Positions 51,145-61,114 are shown, counted from the stretch's first letter. The stretch: DNA of 64,000 bases from an uncultured Chloroflexia bacterium (GCA_963720755.1 CAVRGP010000011.1:768001-832000), one strand, 5' to 3'. Notes: generated by a model not told the origin, from the sequence alone. Made by a program: numbers and translations.

Positions 51145-52031
51145 CGACGACCTACCTGCAGCGGCTCGCCCGGCGGACCGAGGCCGTTGGCAGTGTCCTG
51201 TGCCTCGGCCTCGACCCGGATCCAGCGGCGTTGCCGGCCGGCTTCTCGCCCGATGTCCGGGGCGTGGAGGCGTTCGTGGATCTCATCGTCGAAGCCGCTG
51301 GCCCGTTTGCCGCGGCGATCAAGCCGAACCTGGCCTTCTACGAGTCGTTCGGTGCGCCCGGTCTGGCTGCACTCGAGCGGATCCGGGGCCGCATCCCGTC
51401 CGCCATCCCGGTCGTCATGGACGCAAAGCGCGCGGACATCGGCTCCACGGCGAAGCGACATGCCATCGCGCTGTTCGATGTCCTCGGCGCCGACGCGGTG
51501 ACGGTCAACCCATACCCGGGTGGGGACGCCATCACCCCGCTGCTGGAGCGTCTGGATCGGTACGCCTACGTCCTGTGCCGAACATCGAACCCAGGTGCCG
51601 CCGAACTCCAGAACCTGATGGTCGCCGAGGATCCGACGATCGACGCCCCTGCGGAACCGCTGCACCTCCGGGTCGCGAGGCGGGCCGCCTCATGGGGTCC
51701 GGGCGGGACGGTCGGTCTCGTCGTCGGGGCGACGGCTCCGGCAGAACTGCGCGCGATCCGCCAGGTCGCCCCGGGGATGGGTTTCCTGGTGCCCGGCATC
51801 GGCGCCCAGGGTGGCGAAATCGAGCCGGTCCTTGCCGCGGGACCGGCGACGGCCGCCCCCGCGGGCGACGGCGTCGGCGGGGGACTCCTGGTGAACGTGT
51901 CGCGCGCGATCAGCGGCTCGGCCATCGGCGACGCGCCAGCGGGTGCCCCGAGCGACCTCGGGGCTCGTCTGGCCGCGGCCGCCGCCGACTGGGCTTCGCG
52001 ACTCCCTGTGCTAGGCTACTTCGGCGCATGA
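51141..52031 (+). CDS. pyrF: Orotidine-5'-phosphate decarboxylase (subfamily 2)
   Basis: LCLGLDP, DAKRADIGST, CRTSNP, VVGAT, LVPGIGAQGG, NVSRAI. Confidence 0.94.
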   Translation: MTTTYLQRLARRTEAVGSVLCLGLDPDPAALPAGFSPDVRGVEAFVDLIVEAAGPFAAAIKPNLAFYESFGAPGLAALERIRGRIPSAIPVVMDAKRADIGSTAKRHAIALFDVLGADAVTVNPYPGGDAITPLLERLDRYAYVLCRTSNPGAAELQNLMVAEDPTIDAPAEPLHLRVARRAASWGPGGTVGLVVGATAPAELRAIRQVAPGMGFLVPGIGAQGGEIEPVLAAGPATAAPAGDGVGGGLLVNVSRAISGSAIGDAPAGAPSDLGARLAAAAADWASRLPVLGYFGA

Positions 52032-52097
52032 AGCGCCCGATCATCACCCATCGGAAGGGCAACCCGGAACCCTGATTTCGCAGGAGCATCGACGATC

Positions 52098-52559
52098 ATG
52101 CCTACCCCTGGACCTCTTGAGCTGGTCATCATCCTGGTGATCGCGCTCCTCATTCTTGGACCCGGCAAACTGCCGGACGTCGGGGCCGCGCTGGGCAAGA
52201 GCATCAAGGAATTCCGAAAGGCATCTGCGGACGTCCAGGAGGCGGTCAACGTCAACGTGGACACCTCGCCGCTTCCGCCCGCGCAGGTCGCCCCGCCCGC
52301 CCCGGCACAGGCGGCCCCGGCACAGGCGGCCGCGCCGTCCCCTGCGCAGGTCGCACCGGCCGTCGCCGTCGCGGCGCAGGTCGCCCCCTCTGCCCCGGTT
52401 GCCGCCCCTGAGGTCGCCCCGGCTGCGGCCCCCGCCCCTGAGGTCGCCCCGGCTGCGGCCCCCGCCCCGGTCGCGGCTGCGGCCCCCGAGGCTGCCCCGG
52501 CTCAGGTCGCCGCCCCTGACCCGGCCGCCCCGACCGACCAGACCACCGTCGCCGGCTAG
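52098..52559 (+). CDS. tatA: Twin-arginine translocase TatA with long Ala/Pro tail
   Basis: ELVIILVIALLILGPGKLPDVG..LGKSIKEFRKA. Confidence 0.92.
   Translation: MPTPGPLELVIILVIALLILGPGKLPDVGAALGKSIKEFRKASADVQEAVNVNVDTSPLPPAQVAPPAPAQAAPAQAAAPSPAQVAPAVAVAAQVAPSAPVAAPEVAPAAAPAPEVAPAAAPAPVAAAAPEAAPAQVAAPDPAAPTDQTTVAG
52402..52468 (+). repeat. 30-bp perfect tandem repeat (about 2.2 copies) in the tatA tail
   Basis: ccgcccctgaggtcgccccggctgcggccc at 52402 and 52432 plus a partial copy. Confidence 0.85.
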
Positions 52560-52579
52560 CTGGGCGCCCACCCTCGATC

Positions 52580-53371
52580 ATGGCCGACGCCGACGCCCTG
52601 CTCGAGCCGGGTGTCACCGGACGACCATCGACACCTGATCCAGAGCCGCCATCGAACCCGGCGGCCACGCCCGGCGACGAGTCGGTCATGTCGCTCCTCG
52701 ATCATCTGGGGGAGCTGCGCAAGCGGATCTTCCGGGCGATCATCGCCGTCGCCATCGCGTCGGTCATCGGCTGGTTCGCCGCGCCACAGGTCCGCCTCTG
52801 GCTGCAGCTCCCACTCGGCGATATCCCACTCCAGGTTCTGGGCGTCGGGGACGCGTTCGTCATCCAGGTCAAGATCGCGCTGGTCATCGGGGTGATCCTG
52901 GCGATGCCCGTCCTGCTGTACCAGTTGTGGGCGTTCATCGCTCCTGGCCTGACGCCGAAGGAGCGGAAACTCGTGCGGCCGTGGATCCCGATGGCGCTGG
53001 TGTTCTTCGGCATCGGCGTGCTCATCGCCTACGTCGTCCTGCCGTTCGCGATCCAGTTCCTGTTCAGTTTCACCGACGACACGTTGCAGGCGCGCCCTGC
53101 GGCCGGCCAGTATTTCGACTTCGTCACCACGATGTTCCTCGCCTTCGGCCTGGTGATGGAGTTCCCGATCCTGCTCGTCGGGCTGTCGACCGTCGGGATC
53201 GTGACGTCGAAGCGATTGACCTCCGCGCGCCGGATGGTGATCCTCGGTATCTCGATCTTCGCAGCAGTCGTGACGCCCGGCGGGGACCTGGTGAGTCCCT
53301 TCGTGCTCGGTGGGACCATGTACCTCTTGTTCGAGCTGACGATCATCTTCATCCGGCGCAGCGGTAAGTGA
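52580..53371 (+). CDS. tatC: Twin-arginine translocase TatC
   Basis: MSLLDHLGELRKR, QLWAFIAPGL...E, FGLVMEFP, AAVVTPGGD. Confidence 0.95.
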   Translation: MADADALLEPGVTGRPSTPDPEPPSNPAATPGDESVMSLLDHLGELRKRIFRAIIAVAIASVIGWFAAPQVRLWLQLPLGDIPLQVLGVGDAFVIQVKIALVIGVILAMPVLLYQLWAFIAPGLTPKERKLVRPWIPMALVFFGIGVLIAYVVLPFAIQFLFSFTDDTLQARPAAGQYFDFVTTMFLAFGLVMEFPILLVGLSTVGIVTSKRLTSARRMVILGISIFAAVVTPGGDLVSPFVLGGTMYLLFELTIIFIRRSGK

Positions 53372-54276
53372 ACGACGAGGTCGAACCCCGCCCGCCGATC
53401 GACGCGGTGACGGACCCGGCCGTCGTCATCGTGAGCGGGCTGTCGGGGGGCGGCAAGACAGCGGCAGCGAAGCTGTTCGAGGACCTCGGCTACACGGTCG
53501 TCGACAACCTGCCCGGCGAGCTGCTACCAGAGCTCGCGGACCTGGTCTCTTCCGATCGCCACCGGTTCGCCAAGGTCGCGATCGTCGTCGACGTCCGGGC
53601 CGGCGACGCCACCCTGGCCCTCGCGGCGATGCGTGGTGCCCTGGAGGGTCGCGGGATCCGTCCTCGGGTGGTCTTCCTGGAGGCCTCGGATGAGGTGCTC
53701 ATCAGGCGCTTCAGCGAGACCCGACATCGACATCCGCTCGGCGACGAGCGAGGACTCGCCGATTCGATCGCCGAGGAGCGCCGCCGCCTCGAGATCGTCC
53801 GGACCGAGGCCGATGTCGTCCTTGATACGTCGGACATGTCGCTGCGTCAGCTCCGCGAGCGCCTGTTCGCCGCGCTGGCAAGTGAGGTCCGGGCGGATCA
53901 ACTCGCATTCCAGCTGATCAGCTTCGGGTTCAAGCATGGCGTCCCGCTGGAGGCCGACCTCGTCTTCGACGTGCGGTTCATGCAGAACCCGTACTACGTG
54001 CCGGGGCTGCGCCCCCTGTCCGGGCTCACCGAGGAAGTCCGCAGCTTCGTGCTCGAGCAACCGGTGGCTGGACGGTTCATGGCGTTCCTGCAGGAATTCC
54101 TCGCGTTCGCCATCCCCGCGTACATCGCCGAGGGCAAGACACGCCTGACCATCGCGATCGGCTGTACCGGCGGTTTCCACCGTTCGATCGTGGTGGGCGA
54201 AGAACTCGCCTCCTGGTTGCGCGACCAGGACTACGGACCGGTGTCGGTGTTCCACCGGGAGCTCGACCGCACATGA
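53368..54276 (+). CDS. rapZ: RapZ/YvcJ-family P-loop nucleotide-binding protein
   Basis: SGLSGGGKT, VDNLP, RRFSETRHRHPL, SFGFKHG, IGCTGG.HRS. Confidence 0.95.
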   Translation: MNDEVEPRPPIDAVTDPAVVIVSGLSGGGKTAAAKLFEDLGYTVVDNLPGELLPELADLVSSDRHRFAKVAIVVDVRAGDATLALAAMRGALEGRGIRPRVVFLEASDEVLIRRFSETRHRHPLGDERGLADSIAEERRRLEIVRTEADVVLDTSDMSLRQLRERLFAALASEVRADQLAFQLISFGFKHGVPLEADLVFDVRFMQNPYYVPGLRPLSGLTEEVRSFVLEQPVAGRFMAFLQEFLAFAIPAYIAEGKTRLTIAIGCTGGFHRSIVVGEELASWLRDQDYGPVSVFHRELDRT

Positions 54277-55592
54277 ACCTCCGGCGCTGGTTGACCCCGG
54301 GGATCGGGATCAAGCGCTGGTTGCTGGTCGGGTTCGCGGGCCTCAGCCTTCTGGCGATCGCTGGCGCGCAGATCCTCCGCCAGTTCACGCGTGACCTGTC
54401 TCCGACGGGACTCGCCGGGACCGTTCTCGATACCCTGACCCTGCAGTTCCTCCCATCGCCACTGCGCTGGTTCGTCCTCGCGTCGATCGGCATCGCCCTC
54501 GTTGCCGTCGGCGCCTATCGCGCAGCGCACGTCCTGACCGATCCACTCCGTGCCGCGGATCCCGACCAGCCGCTGGTCGAACTCATCTACCAGAAGCGCT
54601 TCCTCGCTCGCGGGCCCCGGATCGTCGCCATCGGCGGCGGTACCGGATCGTCGGCGCTGCTCCGCGGTCTCAAGGAGCACACCAGCAACCTGACCGCGAT
54701 CGTGACGGTCGCGGACGACGGGGGGTCGTCCGGTGTCCTGCGCGATGAACTCGGGATCCCACCGGTCGGCGACATCCGCAATTGTGTCGTCGCCCTGGCC
54801 GACGCCGAGCCACTCATGAGCGACGTCCTCCAGTACCGGTTCCCTGACCGCCCCGGGGGACTCGCCGGTCATGCGCTCGGGAACCTGCTGATCGCGGCCA
54901 TGACCGCCGTGGAGGATGGCGACTTCGAGGGTGGGATCCGGATGATGAACCGGATCCTGGCGGTCCGGGGTCAGGTCGTCCCCGTCTCGTCGACGCCGAT
55001 CACCCTGCACGCCCGTCGGGTGGACGGCACCGTCGTCGACGGCCAGTCGCAGATCATGCGGACGACCGGGATCGATCGCGTGTGGATCAGCCCGAAGGAC
55101 GTCGAGCCGTCGGCGTCCGCGATCGAGGCGATCAGCGAGGCAGACCTGATCGTGGTTGGGCCGGGCAGCCTGTACACGAGCCTCTTGCCGAGTCTGCTTA
55201 TCCCCGCCATCCGGGAGGCAGTTGCGGGCGCCACGGCGCCGTGCCTGTTCGTCTGCAACGTCGCCACGCAGTCCGGCGAGACCGCGGGCTTCGATCTTGG
55301 CCGTCACGTCGACGCGATCGACGCGCACACGCTCCCCGGGCTGATCGATATCGTCCTGGCCAACAACGACCTCGAACCATTCGCGGCTGCGGACGGGTCC
55401 GTCCCGGTGGCGCTGACCTGGCCACCGGTCGGAGGATCCCGGCCTCGACTCGTCCTCGATGCAGTGGTCGATCCGTCGAATCGTCGCCACCACGATCCGG
55501 CGCGCCTGGCCTCCGCGATCATGCACGCGTTCGAGACCGAATCCGGGGTACGCCGCCGTCCGACCGGCCGGGCCGCAAGCCGCTCTGCCTGA
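54273..55592 (+). CDS. yvcK: YvcK/GlmR/CuvA family protein with N-terminal TM segments
   Basis: IGGGTG, TVADDGGSSG, GHALGNL, GPGSLYTS, HHDP. Confidence 0.92.
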   Translation: MNLRRWLTPGIGIKRWLLVGFAGLSLLAIAGAQILRQFTRDLSPTGLAGTVLDTLTLQFLPSPLRWFVLASIGIALVAVGAYRAAHVLTDPLRAADPDQPLVELIYQKRFLARGPRIVAIGGGTGSSALLRGLKEHTSNLTAIVTVADDGGSSGVLRDELGIPPVGDIRNCVVALADAEPLMSDVLQYRFPDRPGGLAGHALGNLLIAAMTAVEDGDFEGGIRMMNRILAVRGQVVPVSSTPITLHARRVDGTVVDGQSQIMRTTGIDRVWISPKDVEPSASAIEAISEADLIVVGPGSLYTSLLPSLLIPAIREAVAGATAPCLFVCNVATQSGETAGFDLGRHVDAIDAHTLPGLIDIVLANNDLEPFAAADGSVPVALTWPPVGGSRPRLVLDAVVDPSNRRHHDPARLASAIMHAFETESGVRRRPTGRAASRSA

Positions 55593-55594
55593 CC

Positions 55595-56390
55595 GTGGCC
55601 ACATCCGAACGGGACCTCGTCGCCGACCTGCGGGATGAGCTTGCGGCGATCGATCCTGCAAGACCGTGCGATCGGGTCGCCGAGCTCGACGGTCTTGGCC
55701 CCCCACCGATCGGCCGTGAGGCATCCGTCGCTCGTCTGGAGCATCGTCTCGGACGGATGGAAGCGCCCGCCACGACGGCAGGGTTCGATTGGGCGACGGC
55801 CGCTGACCACTGTCGTGCCGCCTGGGCGCGGGGGCGGTTCCTTGCCCGGGGCTCGCTCAGCCTGGCCGGTGGTCGGACCCACCTCGAATTCGTGGTCGGA
55901 CGGTCGGACGCCCCGGCGCTCGCCGCCCGGCTGACCGACTTCGGGCTGCCGGTGTCCTGGCGGGTCCGACGGGGAAGAGGCGTGGTCACCTCGAAGAATG
56001 GGGAAGCGGTCGGGACTTTCCTGCGCCGGATCGGAGCCAGTGGAGCCTTGCTCGAAGTCGAGGCGCGGCAGGTGTCGAGGGCCTTGCGTGGTGAACTGAA
56101 CCGCGTGCTCAACGCCGAATTCGGCGAATCTCCAGCGCGCCGTTGCGGCCGCCGGGCGCCAGCTCGATGCGATCGACACGCTCGACCGGGATGGCCGGCT
56201 GTCATCCCAGCCGTACCTCGTCCGGATGGTGGCCGACGCACGCCGCGAAACGCCGGAGGCCAGCCTCGGGGAACTGGCAGAGCGGCTGGACATCCATCGC
56301 TCGGCCGTCCAGCGGGCGCTCGAGCGAATGGAGCGGCTCGCCGCGCTCGATCAGCCGAGCGAGGGCTCGATCCGTCCCGCTCTGGCATGA
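55595..56390 (+). CDS. whiA: DNA-binding protein WhiA, apparent +1 frameshift near 56120
   Basis: RGRFLARGSL...HLEF, NRVLNAE then SANLQRAVAA...PEASLGELA...RSAVQRAL in the next frame; follows rapZ-yvcK. Confidence 0.85.
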
Positions 56391-56398
56391 TGGCCGGG

Positions 56399-57187
56399 AT
56401 GCGAGACGTGGTCATCGCCGCCAATTGGAAGATGCATACGACCCCGGCCGACGCAGCCGAGCTGGCCGCGACCATCGCGGCCCGGACACGCGTGAGTGAC
56501 GTCATCCGGGTCATCTGTCCACCATTCGTCGCTCTGGCGAGCGTTCGCGATGCCTTGTCGACCACGGATCCGGATATCGGGATCGGGGCGCAGACGGTCC
56601 ATCATGAGCTCCAGGGCGCGTACACGGGTGAGATCTCCGCGCCGATGCTCGACGGTCTTGCCACCTGGGTCATCGTCGGCCACTCGGAGCGCCGTCGGGA
56701 TGCGGGGGAGACGGACGAGATGATCGGCCGGAAGATCGGCCGTGCGCTGGAGGCCACCCTTCGACCGATCCTGTGCGTCGGCGAACGGCTCGAGGAACGC
56801 GAAGCCGGCCGGCAGGTCGACGTCGTTCGGGGGCAGCTGACCGGGGCCCTCGCCGGTCACGATCCCGACGCCCTGCGGTCGGGTGGGCTGGTCGTCGCCT
56901 ACGAACCGGTGTGGGCGATCGGGACTGGCCGGAACGCCAGTGGCCAGGATGCCGCGGCCATGTCGACGGCGATCCGGGCAACCATCGCGGAGCTCTGGGC
57001 AGGGTCCGCGGATGCCATCCCGGTCCTGTACGGCGGCAGCGTCACGTCGGCCAATATCGGAGAGTTCCTGGCTGAGCCGTCGATCGATGGTGCGCTCGTC
57101 GGCGGTGCGTCACTCAAGCCCGATGAGATGGCTGGGATCGTGGCTCGTGCCGGGTTGACCGCGGCAGCGCGACGCGGCGCCGGGTGA
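56399..57187 (+). CDS. tpiA: Triosephosphate isomerase
   Basis: ANWKM, GHSERR, AYEPVWAIGTG, YGGSV, LVGGASL. Confidence 0.96.
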   Translation: MRDVVIAANWKMHTTPADAAELAATIAARTRVSDVIRVICPPFVALASVRDALSTTDPDIGIGAQTVHHELQGAYTGEISAPMLDGLATWVIVGHSERRRDAGETDEMIGRKIGRALEATLRPILCVGERLEEREAGRQVDVVRGQLTGALAGHDPDALRSGGLVVAYEPVWAIGTGRNASGQDAAAMSTAIRATIAELWAGSADAIPVLYGGSVTSANIGEFLAEPSIDGALVGGASLKPDEMAGIVARAGLTAAARRGAG

Positions 57188-58788
57188 CGGTCGACCAGCC
57201 CACGCCCGCGCGGTCCGGCGAGACGATCCGACCGCGACCCATCGTCCTGGTCATCCTCGATGGGTTCGGGATCGGACATGATCCGGCGGTCGACGCGATC
57301 GCAGCGGCGCCGATGCCGACCTGGCGGCGGCTGCTCCGTGACTGGCCCCATGCCGTGTTGCGCGCCTCGGAGGAGGCGGTCGGTCTGCCGCCCGGCCAGA
57401 TGGGCAATTCCGAAGTCGGGCACCTCAACCTCGGGGCGGGGCGCCCGGTGCTCCAGGATCTGCCCCGGATCGACGCCGCCATCGCGGATGGCAGCTTCTC
57501 GACCCGTCCTGCCCTGATCGATGCCTGCCGGCATGCGGCTGGCCTCAACGGCCGCCTCCACATCGTCAGCCTGATCGGTCCAGGTGGTGTGCACGCCAAC
57601 GATCGACACCTCGTCGCCATCGTCGGCCTGGCGACCGAGATGGGAGTCCGGAGCGTTCGCGTCCACGCGCTGCTCGATGGACGCGACACGCCGCCCCGGT
57701 CCGCCCTCGGGTTCATCGCGGACCTGGAGCGACGATTGGCGGGCGCCCACCCAGATGTCCGGATCGCCTCGGTCGGCGGTCGCTACTACGCGATGGATCG
57801 GGACCAGCGATGGGAGCGGATCGAGCGAGGCTACGACGCGATCGTCCACGCGCAAGGGGAGCGGGCCGCGAGTGCCACGGCCGCGGTCGAGGCGGGCTAT
57901 GCCCGCGGTGAGAACGACGAATTCATCCTTCCGACCGTCATCGACGGCGCCGACGGCGAGGTGCGTTCGGGCGATCCGGTCATCCACGCGAACTTCCGTG
58001 CCGATCGGGCACGACAGCTGACGCATGCGCTGGCGGACGGTCGATTCAGTGCGTTCGACCGGGATGCGCCGGATGGTCGGCCCGCCCCCACCGATCTGTT
58101 CGTCGTGACGATGACCTCGTACGAAGCCGACCTGCCGGTCGAGGTCGCCTTCCCGCCGGAGACCGCGCGATCGCTCGCCCAGTCGTTCTCGGAACTCGGC
58201 TGGCGCCAGTTCCACGTCGCCGAGACCGAGAAGTACGCCCACGTGACCTACTTCTTCAACGGCGGCGTTGAAGAGCCATACCCCGGCGAGGAACGTCGAC
58301 TCATCCCGAGCCAGAAGGTCGCAACGTACGACCTGGCTCCGGCGATGAGCGCGGTCGGCGTGACCGACGCCTTGGTCACGGCGATCGGGTCCGGCGAATA
58401 CGACTTCATCGTCGCCAATCTCGCCAACCCGGATATGGTCGGCCACACCGGCGTCTGGGATGCGACCATCGAAGCGCTCGGCGTCATCGACGACTGCCTC
58501 GCCCGCATCGTCACCGCGGCCGAGGCCGTGCCGGCGGGTGGACCCGATGGTCCTGGCGTCCTCCTGGCGATCACCGCCGACCACGGCAACGCCGATGAGC
58601 TTCGCGATGCGGACGGGCGGCCCGTGACGGCCCACTCCCTCAACCCGGTCCCGTTCGTCCTGATCGGTCGCGCGGCTCTCGGATCCACCCTGACGGATGG
58701 GGTCCTGGCTGACGTGGCGCCGACCTTGCTCGAGTTGGCCGGCTTGCCAAGGTGGCCCGGTATGACCGGTCGATCGCTGATCTTGTGA
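57184..58788 (+). CDS. gpmI: 2,3-bisphosphoglycerate-independent phosphoglycerate mutase
   Basis: ILDGFG, GQMGNSEVGH, DGRDT, AETEKYAHVT, NPDMVGHTG, TADHGN. Confidence 0.97.
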   Translation: MTVDQPTPARSGETIRPRPIVLVILDGFGIGHDPAVDAIAAAPMPTWRRLLRDWPHAVLRASEEAVGLPPGQMGNSEVGHLNLGAGRPVLQDLPRIDAAIADGSFSTRPALIDACRHAAGLNGRLHIVSLIGPGGVHANDRHLVAIVGLATEMGVRSVRVHALLDGRDTPPRSALGFIADLERRLAGAHPDVRIASVGGRYYAMDRDQRWERIERGYDAIVHAQGERAASATAAVEAGYARGENDEFILPTVIDGADGEVRSGDPVIHANFRADRARQLTHALADGRFSAFDRDAPDGRPAPTDLFVVTMTSYEADLPVEVAFPPETARSLAQSFSELGWRQFHVAETEKYAHVTYFFNGGVEEPYPGEERRLIPSQKVATYDLAPAMSAVGVTDALVTAIGSGEYDFIVANLANPDMVGHTGVWDATIEALGVIDDCLARIVTAAEAVPAGGPDGPGVLLAITADHGNADELRDADGRPVTAHSLNPVPFVLIGRAALGSTLTDGVLADVAPTLLELAGLPRWPGMTGRSLIL

Positions 58789-58828
58789 TAGCATCCGACG
58801 CCGAAGCGGACAGAGGAGCGTAAGACTC

Positions 58829-59056
58829 GTGGACCCCCTCCTGGCCATCGGCCAGATCCTGGTGAGCATCGCGCTCATCGTCGCCATCCTGCTGCAAGCC
58901 CGCGGTGTCGGGCTGTCAGGGACGTTCGGCGGCGATTCGGCCGTCTATCGAAGCCGTCGAGGTGTGGAGCGTCGGCTGTGGCAATTCACGATCGTCCTGC
59001 TCGTCCTGTTCGTGACGTTCTCGCTGGCGGCGTTCATGCTCGCCCCCACCGCCTGA
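58829..59056 (+). CDS. secG: Preprotein translocase subunit SecG
   Basis: Two TM helices around ILLQARGVGLSGTFGG...RRGVE. Confidence 0.92.
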   Translation: MDPLLAIGQILVSIALIVAILLQARGVGLSGTFGGDSAVYRSRRGVERRLWQFTIVLLVLFVTFSLAAFMLAPTA

Positions 59057-59108
59057 TCCTCCGCGGAGCGCGGCGGCCCACCGCGCCTTTCCGCTCGTTC
59101 GGAGCCCG

Positions 59109-60845
59109 ATGACCCGCACCGACTCGTTCGTGGTCGGGACCCTCGTCGTATTGCTCGCCATCATCGCGGGCATCGTGGGTCTTCCGACGCTGCAGACCTC
59201 CGCCGCCACGACCAACACGCCGTCACCGACGGTGGGATCGACCGCGTCGAGGCCGTATCGTGAAGGGATCCTGGGACGCCCCGTCTCGGTCAGTCCGTTT
59301 TCTGCCCGAACCCAGGCGGACCGGGATCTGGTCGCGCTCATCTTCGCCGGCCTGGTGCGGAACGGCCCATCCGGATCGCTCGTCCCCGACCTCGCCGACC
59401 GTTGGTCCGTCGATGCGACCGGAGCGGTCTGGACGTTCCATCTTCGCGACGGCGCGATCTGGCAGGACGGCGAGCCGGTCACCGCCGATGACGTCGCCTT
59501 TACGATCCGGACGCTGCAGGATCCCGCCTACACGGGCCCAGGGGCGAGTTCCTGGTACGGCGTGAAGGTGGAAACAGAGGGACGCCAGATCGTGGTCTTC
59601 ACCCTGGCGACGCCGCTCGGTGGCTTCCTGCAGGCTGCGACCCAACCGATCGCACCGGCGCACCTCCTGGCGAACATCCCCATCGAGGAGTTGGCGACCG
59701 CGCCATTCACGAGACAGCCGGTCGGCGCCGGTCCGTTCGCCGTCGCTCGTCTGGACGACCATTCTGCGGAGCTGGTCCCGGCCGCTCAGGTGGTGCCCGC
59801 TCCCGCCCCGAGTACGGACCCGTCACCGGGCGCCACCGATTCGCTGGCGACCACACCGCCGACGAGTCATCCCACCGGACCGACGCCGTACCTGTCGGGG
59901 ATCGAATTCAGCTTCTACGACGATCCGGACATGCTGGCGGCGGCCTATCGGGCGGGCGGCCTCGATGCCGCGTCCGGGCTTCCACCGCAGTCGATCCGGG
60001 AGCTTGGGTCGATCGCCGGGAGCCGAGTCCTGCGCTACCCAAGCGCTACCCTCACGGCCGTCCTGCTGAACCTGAGACCCGGCAACCCCGAGTTCGCCGA
60101 TCCTGCGGTGCGCAAGGGGCTGCTCCAGGCGATCGACCGATCGAGCCTGATCTCCGACAGCTTCGCCGGCGCGGCCGAGCTGGCGGCGGGCCCAATCCCG
60201 CCTAGCTCCTGGTTGTCCGATCCGGGCAGTGGAGCTCCAGTCGACTACGACCGAGCGGCTGCCGTGGCGGCCCTCAAGAAGGCGGGATGGACACGATCGA
60301 CGGACGGGTGGCATCTGCCGAACGGCAAGTCGCCGATCAAGATCGACCTCCTGAGCATCGACCAGGCGTCGAACCCGGTCGCCTTCGCGACGGCCGAGGC
60401 GGTCGCTCGCGGTTGGGCGGCGATCGGCCTGGACGTGACCCATAAACCACTGCCTCCTGCCGATTTCGTCGGCGATCGGCTGGCGGCCGGTTCGTTCAAG
60501 GCGGCCGTCGCGGACGTCACGATCGGCCTCGATCCCGACCTCTATCCACTGCTCGCGTCGAGTCAGACCCGGACCGGCGGGTCCAACGTCATGGGTTTGC
60601 AGGATTCCAAGCTGGACAAGCTGCTGGCGGCGGCTCGCGCGCCGGGGACCGACACGGAGCGAAAGTCAGCCTACGCCGCCCTCCAGACGGCTCTGGCCGC
60701 CGATGCATTTATCCTCCCGCTCGCCTTCGCCGACGAGTCGATCGTCGTCCGCGACACGGTCGAAGGACCGTCGATCCGGCAGGTCGCCGATCCGGCTGAT
60801 CGATTTTGGGATGTGCTAACATGGCGCCTCGCTGCGGGCCGCTAG
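59109..60845 (+). CDS. Peptide/nickel ABC (family 5) substrate-binding protein, orphan
   Basis: LVPDLAD.W, WQDGEPVTADDVAFT, PVGAGPF, DPAVRKGLLQAIDR. Confidence 0.88.
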   Translation: MTRTDSFVVGTLVVLLAIIAGIVGLPTLQTSAATTNTPSPTVGSTASRPYREGILGRPVSVSPFSARTQADRDLVALIFAGLVRNGPSGSLVPDLADRWSVDATGAVWTFHLRDGAIWQDGEPVTADDVAFTIRTLQDPAYTGPGASSWYGVKVETEGRQIVVFTLATPLGGFLQAATQPIAPAHLLANIPIEELATAPFTRQPVGAGPFAVARLDDHSAELVPAAQVVPAPAPSTDPSPGATDSLATTPPTSHPTGPTPYLSGIEFSFYDDPDMLAAAYRAGGLDAASGLPPQSIRELGSIAGSRVLRYPSATLTAVLLNLRPGNPEFADPAVRKGLLQAIDRSSLISDSFAGAAELAAGPIPPSSWLSDPGSGAPVDYDRAAAVAALKKAGWTRSTDGWHLPNGKSPIKIDLLSIDQASNPVAFATAEAVARGWAAIGLDVTHKPLPPADFVGDRLAAGSFKAAVADVTIGLDPDLYPLLASSQTRTGGSNVMGLQDSKLDKLLAAARAPGTDTERKSAYAALQTALAADAFILPLAFADESIVVRDTVEGPSIRQVADPADRFWDVLTWRLAAGR

Positions 60846-60865
60846 CCGGTCGTGCACGGCCCTAT

Positions 60866-60952
60866 GCCGAGGTGGCGGAATTGGTAGACGCGCTAGCTTC
60901 AGGAGCTAGTGTCCGCAAGGGCGTATGGGTTCAAATCCCTTCCTCGGTACCA
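60866..60952 (+). tRNA. tRNA-Leu(CAG)
   Basis: CTAGC-TTCAGGA-GCTAG anticodon arm, long variable arm, CCA. Confidence 0.93.
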
Positions 60953-60991
60953 GACCTCGTTCGTGGACCGTCGATCGCAGCGGTCTCTCAG

Positions 60992-61076
60992 GCCCAGGTG
61001 GCGGAATTGGTATACGCGTACGTTTGAGGGGCGTATGAGGCAACTCATCCGGGTTCAAGTCCCGGCCTGGGCACCA
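60992..61076 (+). tRNA. tRNA-Leu(GAG)
   Basis: TACGT-TTGAGGG-GCGTA anticodon arm, variable arm, CCA. Confidence 0.94.
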
Positions 61077-61086
61077 CGCTGACACC

Positions 61087-61114
61087 AACGACCGTCGCAT
61101 CTGCGGCGGTCGTT
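61087..61114 (+). terminator. Hairpin between tRNA-Leu(GAG) and tRNA-Val
   Basis: aacgaccgtcgca-tc-tgcggcggtcgtt inverted repeat followed by atccttt. Confidence 0.55.

Noticed and set aside
47115-52559. Repetitive tracts as a possible CRISPR or non-coding array
   Set aside because: They are in-frame low-complexity coding repeats in secF and tatA, without a repeat-spacer structure or cas genes
55082-57187. Apparent 701 aa WhiA-TpiA fusion
   Set aside because: Produced by one extra T near 56120; the true WhiA C-terminus is intact in the next frame and stops at 56390
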